From the NCBI GenBank assembly GCA_964016885.1, contig OZ024741.1:364064001-364128000 (forward strand): 64,000 bases of DNA, written 5' to 3'. The notes beneath the pieces were generated by a model that saw only the letters and a program-made list of their open reading frames with translations, searched no databases and had not been told where the DNA came from. Source of the DNA: Eledone cirrhosa (Eukaryota). A program made the position numbers and the translations under genes. The first letter of the stretch is position 1; every line of letters begins with the position of its first letter. Shown here piece after piece: positions 59,091 to 64,000 of the stretch.

Positions 59091-59265
59091 CAGTGCCAGA
59101 TATACCATTGTGCTTAGGTGTGCTTAAGCACAGGGCCCCTTTGGCTAGAGGGAGGGGGGAGCCCATCTTCCTGCCCAAACATTTTTTTTACCTCCTTCAG
59201 GGCCCAAGTAAGGGGCCTCATAACTTAACTAGCACAGGGCCTCATTTGTCCTAAATCTGGCACTG
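59091..59265. mobile_element. hAT-type MITE
   Basis: TIR CAGTGCCAGAT / ATCTGGCACTG; perfect 8-bp TSD GTCACATC. Confidence 0.85.
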
Positions 59266-59329
59266 GTCACATCCTTTATGCTGGAAGGCATGTCTTCTCC
59301 AGTATGACGTGATGCCAATACTAACAATC

Positions 59330-60037
59330 CTTTCTCATCTCTGCCATGAGGTTCAGCTTCTTAAGGTCAGTCTTTACCACTTCTTCCTATGTCTTCCTAG
59401 GTCTTCCTCTTCCATGAGTTCCATCCACTGAGGCATCTCTGCACTTTTTTATAAAGCTATCATATTCTATATGCATCACATGCCCATACCACCACAGTTT
59501 TTCTCTTGCACATTACATCCAATTCCTCTTATGCCAAATTGTTCTCTTAGTTTGCTTATCCTACATCATTCATACACACTAACATTACATGTTCATTGGA
59601 ACATACTCACTTCTTTCTAGCTTTCACAGGTGTTCTGCAACCAAGGCTCATGTTTCACTGCTATGTAGCATTGCAGTACACACACAGGCATCATGCAATC
59701 TCCCATTCACTCTGAGAGAGAGGCCCTTTGTTGTGAGCAGAGGTACTAACTCACTAAACATCTTCCAGCCTGTTCTTACCTTGGCTACCACACTTTTAGT
59801 GCATCCTCCCCCACCTAGGTATCAAAATCTGTCAACTTCAAGGGAGCCTTCCTGGTGACTAAACGAATCTATTTCTTAGTGCTTACTTCTCCTATGCATC
59901 TGCTGCATACAAAGTTTATCTTCTCTGTTAACTTGCTTATAATCTTGCTTCATCTCTTGTGCATCCATATATTACACTGTGTGCACCTTATGGAATTTCA
60001 GCCCCCACCTATCAACATGTTGAATAAGGCCACTTCC
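59330..60037 (-). mobile_element. Degraded RTE LINE 3' fragment, interrupted by the Gypsy LTR
   Basis: Homology to the other RTE copies (WKMF.ELVPLL, LWWYGHVM). Confidence 0.7.
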
Positions 60038-60038
60038 A

Positions 60039-63000
60039 TGATAGTGTGGTTAGAAAAAGCTATCTCACTTACCGCTTTTCATAGGCGCTGCTAAATCCCA
60101 TGGCTGGTTTCTCCTCTTCCACATGCGTCCAACTCATTAACACCGGGAGCTGCCAAACTCACGTCCACCACGTTCCTGATCACCACTAGAGAGAGACCGA
60201 CCTGCTGGCCCTTCCGGTCAAGCACCCTTCCGGCCAAGCACCCTTTTGGTCAAGCACTCTTCCGGTCGAGCACTCCCCAGCTTCTGGCCACCGCACACCA
60301 CACCATACCCACATGCCCCCCTGATCTCAAGGATCAATTTACCCCTCGTCCTTCTGCATATGAAAGTCTGCTGTCCAGGTTGGTGGTTTGCGACTTCTTT
60401 GCGATCTCCGCAGTGTTGGGGCGGCACTTTGGATTTCCTCTTCCTCGGAGTCCGTTAACACAGTGATTCTATGGACATCCAGGACATGACGTGGTACTCC
60501 GTCCACGGACACATTGTTCTGGGAATTTACGGCCGTCACCGTTCCCCTTCCCCATTGAGATGTGCAACGTGCATCTGGGGGCTTAACCTAGACTTCTTCG
60601 CCCACCTGCACGAATGCACTCTCTCTCCCCACTGGCCATTGTGGTGGCGTGCACGGGTGCCGCCACTCGTATTTGAATACTGCTCTGTGTGGCACCGATT
60701 CCTCGACCTGTCCAACCCGAGGGGACATGTTGTACCAGAACACTGCCTCCATTGGTGAGTTGTGGCCCCGCTCCGCCATTGCCTTGATCGTCCGGTGGTG
60801 TCGCTCTACAATTCCATTTCCGCTCGGCCTGTACGCTGCTCTGAAGAAACGGTCCACCTTCCATCCATCGAGCATCTCCCTCAGCGCCTCCGAGCGGAAC
60901 GCTGCGCTGTTGTCCATCAGCAGTTCGTCCACAGGGCCCTGCTCCAAGAACACCTCTCTCAACGTCTGCATGATTTCCTCGGCCATTCCAGTCTTCATCT
61001 CCCTCCATATCGCCATCCGCCCTGGTTCACAGTCGACCATCGAGAGGTACGTTCCCTGTCGGTAGTGCGTTACATCCACCGCCAATTGCTTCCAGTTGCG
61101 ATCTACCGGGAGGCTTCCCGTTTCGTGCACACCCGGGGCGGGATCAATGGACTGACATTGGATGCAGCCTCTAACCACCATTTGAACACTGTGTCTGTTA
61201 ACGTCCGAGTCGATTCTCCTGGCTATCCACACCCATGTGGTGCATGTCATGCAACCCTTTCAGATCCGACTCGGTCAGCCGACACACGGCAGCTATCTCC
61301 TCTTCTACCTCCTCCGGTGCTTCCATCCAGGCTTTCTTCACCCTGGTTAAGATGTCCGCCCTATTTTTCTCTGAGGGCACGAAAACTACGCTTAGCCTCA
61401 GGTCGAACTCGGTGGCCAGCTCTCCTAAAGTTCCCAGGCGGCGCTTTATTAGCATCTCCGCCGCCTCTCTCGTTTGCACTCTCTTCTCACTGGTGAGCAC
61501 TGATCTCACCCATCCGAGTACAGTAGCTGAGTCGGTGCGTATCTCGATGGTGCGTAGTCCCCACCTCAGGGCGAGGTTCACCCCTCTCAACACCGCGTCC
61601 AGTTAGGCCACATTGATGTGGTTGCAGTCGTCCTTCTTCCTAAGACAGGCTGCATCCTCGGCCTCAACACCTCCTATCTCCAACGTGACACCCAGCGCTA
61701 TGCTGCTGGCATCGCACCATACGGTCCCGCTCTGCGATTTGGGAACATACCAGAATCCCCGCACTGGGTCGTCAGCCTTCACCCTCTCCACGATCTCCTG
61801 CATCATGGCCACTGTCCTCTCTCCCACTCTGTCACTCCAAGTCACCCCTTCCGCTCGTCTCTTGACATAGCTGGATGCCGTCCGGAGCCATCCAGTAATC
61901 GGGTAGTGACCCACCAACTTTCCACACACCGAGAAAAGCTCCCGCCTACTCATACTTGGGCCTAGTTCTGGAACTTCATTTCCTCTCTGGAATACCAAGA
62001 CGCCCGTCCTGTCTTGCTGTAGCCTAAGTTCCAGCGCGGCTCCTCCCTCCAACGCTTCTGACGGCTTCGCAGCCAGTCCATACCCCTGTAAATGGCTCGT
62101 GACCTCCGCCGCCGACACTACAGACTTGCCCACTAGGATGTCGTCATCTTGTTGGCTTTTCCCAGAATGGTCTTGAGGACCGCCACCATGATCTTCGGTG
62201 CGGAGTTCAGCCCGAAACCGAGCCTGGTCAGGCAATATGTCCGGCCCTTATACCTGACCAGCTGATACTGCCAGAGCTTCTCATCTATATGCAATTGCAA
62301 GTATGCCGACTTTAGATCTACGATTGCGGAACCCCCCCGTCAAGCGTCTCCACTCACACAGGGTTTCCCCACAGACATCCGTGACCTCGCCACCCGTGTG
62401 GCATGACACGTGCTTGTTCAGCTCCCGAAAGTCCAGTACCGGCCTCACCTTGTTCTTTGTGGGTTGCGCCACCGCCATCAACGGCAATACTCCGCACTTC
62501 ACCTCCTCTTTCCAGGGAAGCAGTATGCCCTCCTCAATCCATCTCTCTACCTCTCGCTTGAACTCGCTCCTAATGTCTCCCTTCAATGTGTGTTGATAGC
62601 AGCCCACTTTGGTCTTCAGTGTTGGTGGTTCTCCCTTCCACTACCACTCAACAACCCATCGCTGCCCATTGAACACGGCCTTGAAGTCTTTGTCCTGCAC
62701 AGTGTAAGCGGGATATTTCTCCTCATGGGCCTTCTGGTTCTCCTGTCGCTTACTCACAGCGCATACCGATGCAGCGCCGCCAAACGACACACCGACGTTG
62801 TTCACTGTGACGCCTCCTAGACGGCCAATTGCGTCCATGCCCATAACCACGCTGATCCCATCCACCACGTTGTCAACTACGATGGCAGAAAGCCTTATTT
62901 TCCTTCCCCGTACCGCCATCTCCACCTCGCTGCGACCTCGGCATTCAATTTTCCTGCCGTCGACTGCCCTTATGCTGCTCTTCCCTCTTCACCTCTGTGC

Positions 63001-64000
63001 CACCCCGCGGTCACCAGTGTCGTCGTACAGCCCGCTTTCCCCTCACGAAGACTTCCACCACGGGCAGTGCCTCTACTCGTAAGGGGCAACTACCGGCGCA
63101 GTAGTTCCCCTTGGATCGTTTCCCTGGTCACAGTTAGTAGCGATGTGGCCTGGTCGCTTACACCGGCAGCATATTATTTCCGGCCTTGACTCTCTACAGT
63201 CTCTCACCATGTGCGGGCCCTGGCACCTGGCACCTAAAACACACAGTCCACGCTGTAATGTGGCCGTGTAGGTAACACAGTAAAAACCTCCCAGTCCACA
63301 CTGTAAACGTGGTTGGTGTTATGAAGGGCATCCAGCTGTAGAAAACCCGCCAGACAGTCCTATACGAGCAAGACAACCAATCTTGCCTCAAGTGGGAAAA
63401 TTCTACACCGGTAGCATATTATTTCCGGCCTTGACACTCTACAGTCGCTCGCCATGTGCGGCCCTGGCACCTAAAACAGCTACCTCTAAACGTTCGCGGG
63501 CGACCGCGTGCCGTGGTTGCCTCCCTTTCACCATTTCGCTGCCAGTTGTCTTGAGCCTCTGTAGTTGCTATCGCCGCGACACTCTTCTTGGCATCTTCTG
63601 CTATGATACGGGCTTGCTCCACCAGTGAACGCATCTCCATTTCTTTGTAACCCAGGACTTGTTGCAGTTTCACTGCTATGTCATCTGGAAATCCATTTAT
63701 GAACGCCAACTGCACCGTGCATTCGCATTCCACCTGATATCCAGCCAACATGGCCAATCGCCGTATTTCCGCTGTGAAAATGTCAACACGTTCACCGTTT
63801 CATCTAATCCTTGTCAGCTTAGCAAAAGCGGCTAACGGTCCCTCCGCGAATGCTTCCATCATGCGCCTCTCAATCTTTTGCGCATCCCTTTGGCTGTGTT
63901 CATCCAACTCAAGGAAGAGTACCAATGCGTCCCCCTCGAGGTACAGTGCCATGAGGCCAGCCACATCTTCTATCTTCTGCAAGCTTGTGACCAGCCGGAC
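60039..64000 (-). mobile_element. Gypsy-type LTR retrotransposon (gag-PR-RT-RNaseH-IN plus 3' LTR ~60039-60313), disrupted, continues past the window
   Basis: Gag Zn knuckles; RPVLDFRELN, DL.SAYLQ, TVWCDAS, RTDS, NRAD.LTR; integrase H..H...C..C, AVDVTH, MDN, NG.VER; purine tract AGGGGGGCA before a TG...CA LTR. Confidence 0.9.

Overview
This is AT-rich eukaryotic, almost certainly animal, repeat-dominated DNA. The SINE families and the (AT)n/(CA)n/(ATC)n microsatellite load suggest a cephalopod such as Octopus (inference from memory, not a database result). I found no host gene I can support; most listed ORFs are microsatellite read-throughs or transposon debris. Recognisable elements are several RTE LINEs (one near full length at 38.7-41.8 kb), Penelope-like elements (PLEs) of at least two clades, and CRE, R4/Dong and Tx1/L1 fragments. 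There is also a Gypsy LTR element at the right end, tRNA-derived SINEs, Helitrons, hAT/piggyBac/Tc1-type MITEs and a 40-bp minisatellite. The main hidden signal is about 20 type I hammerhead ribozyme (HHR) motifs from more than a dozen unrelated sequence families, nearly all in short non-coding inserts inside (TA)n arrays. Several occur as partial tandems of 323-740 bp monomers (retrozyme-like) or as head-to-head fold-backs. Some have long or branched stem II domains, and two families also have a predicted pseudoknot to the 5' flank. One PLE 3' UTR carries a dense array of paired ACUAAC motifs. All folds were done by eye and element boundaries are approximate.
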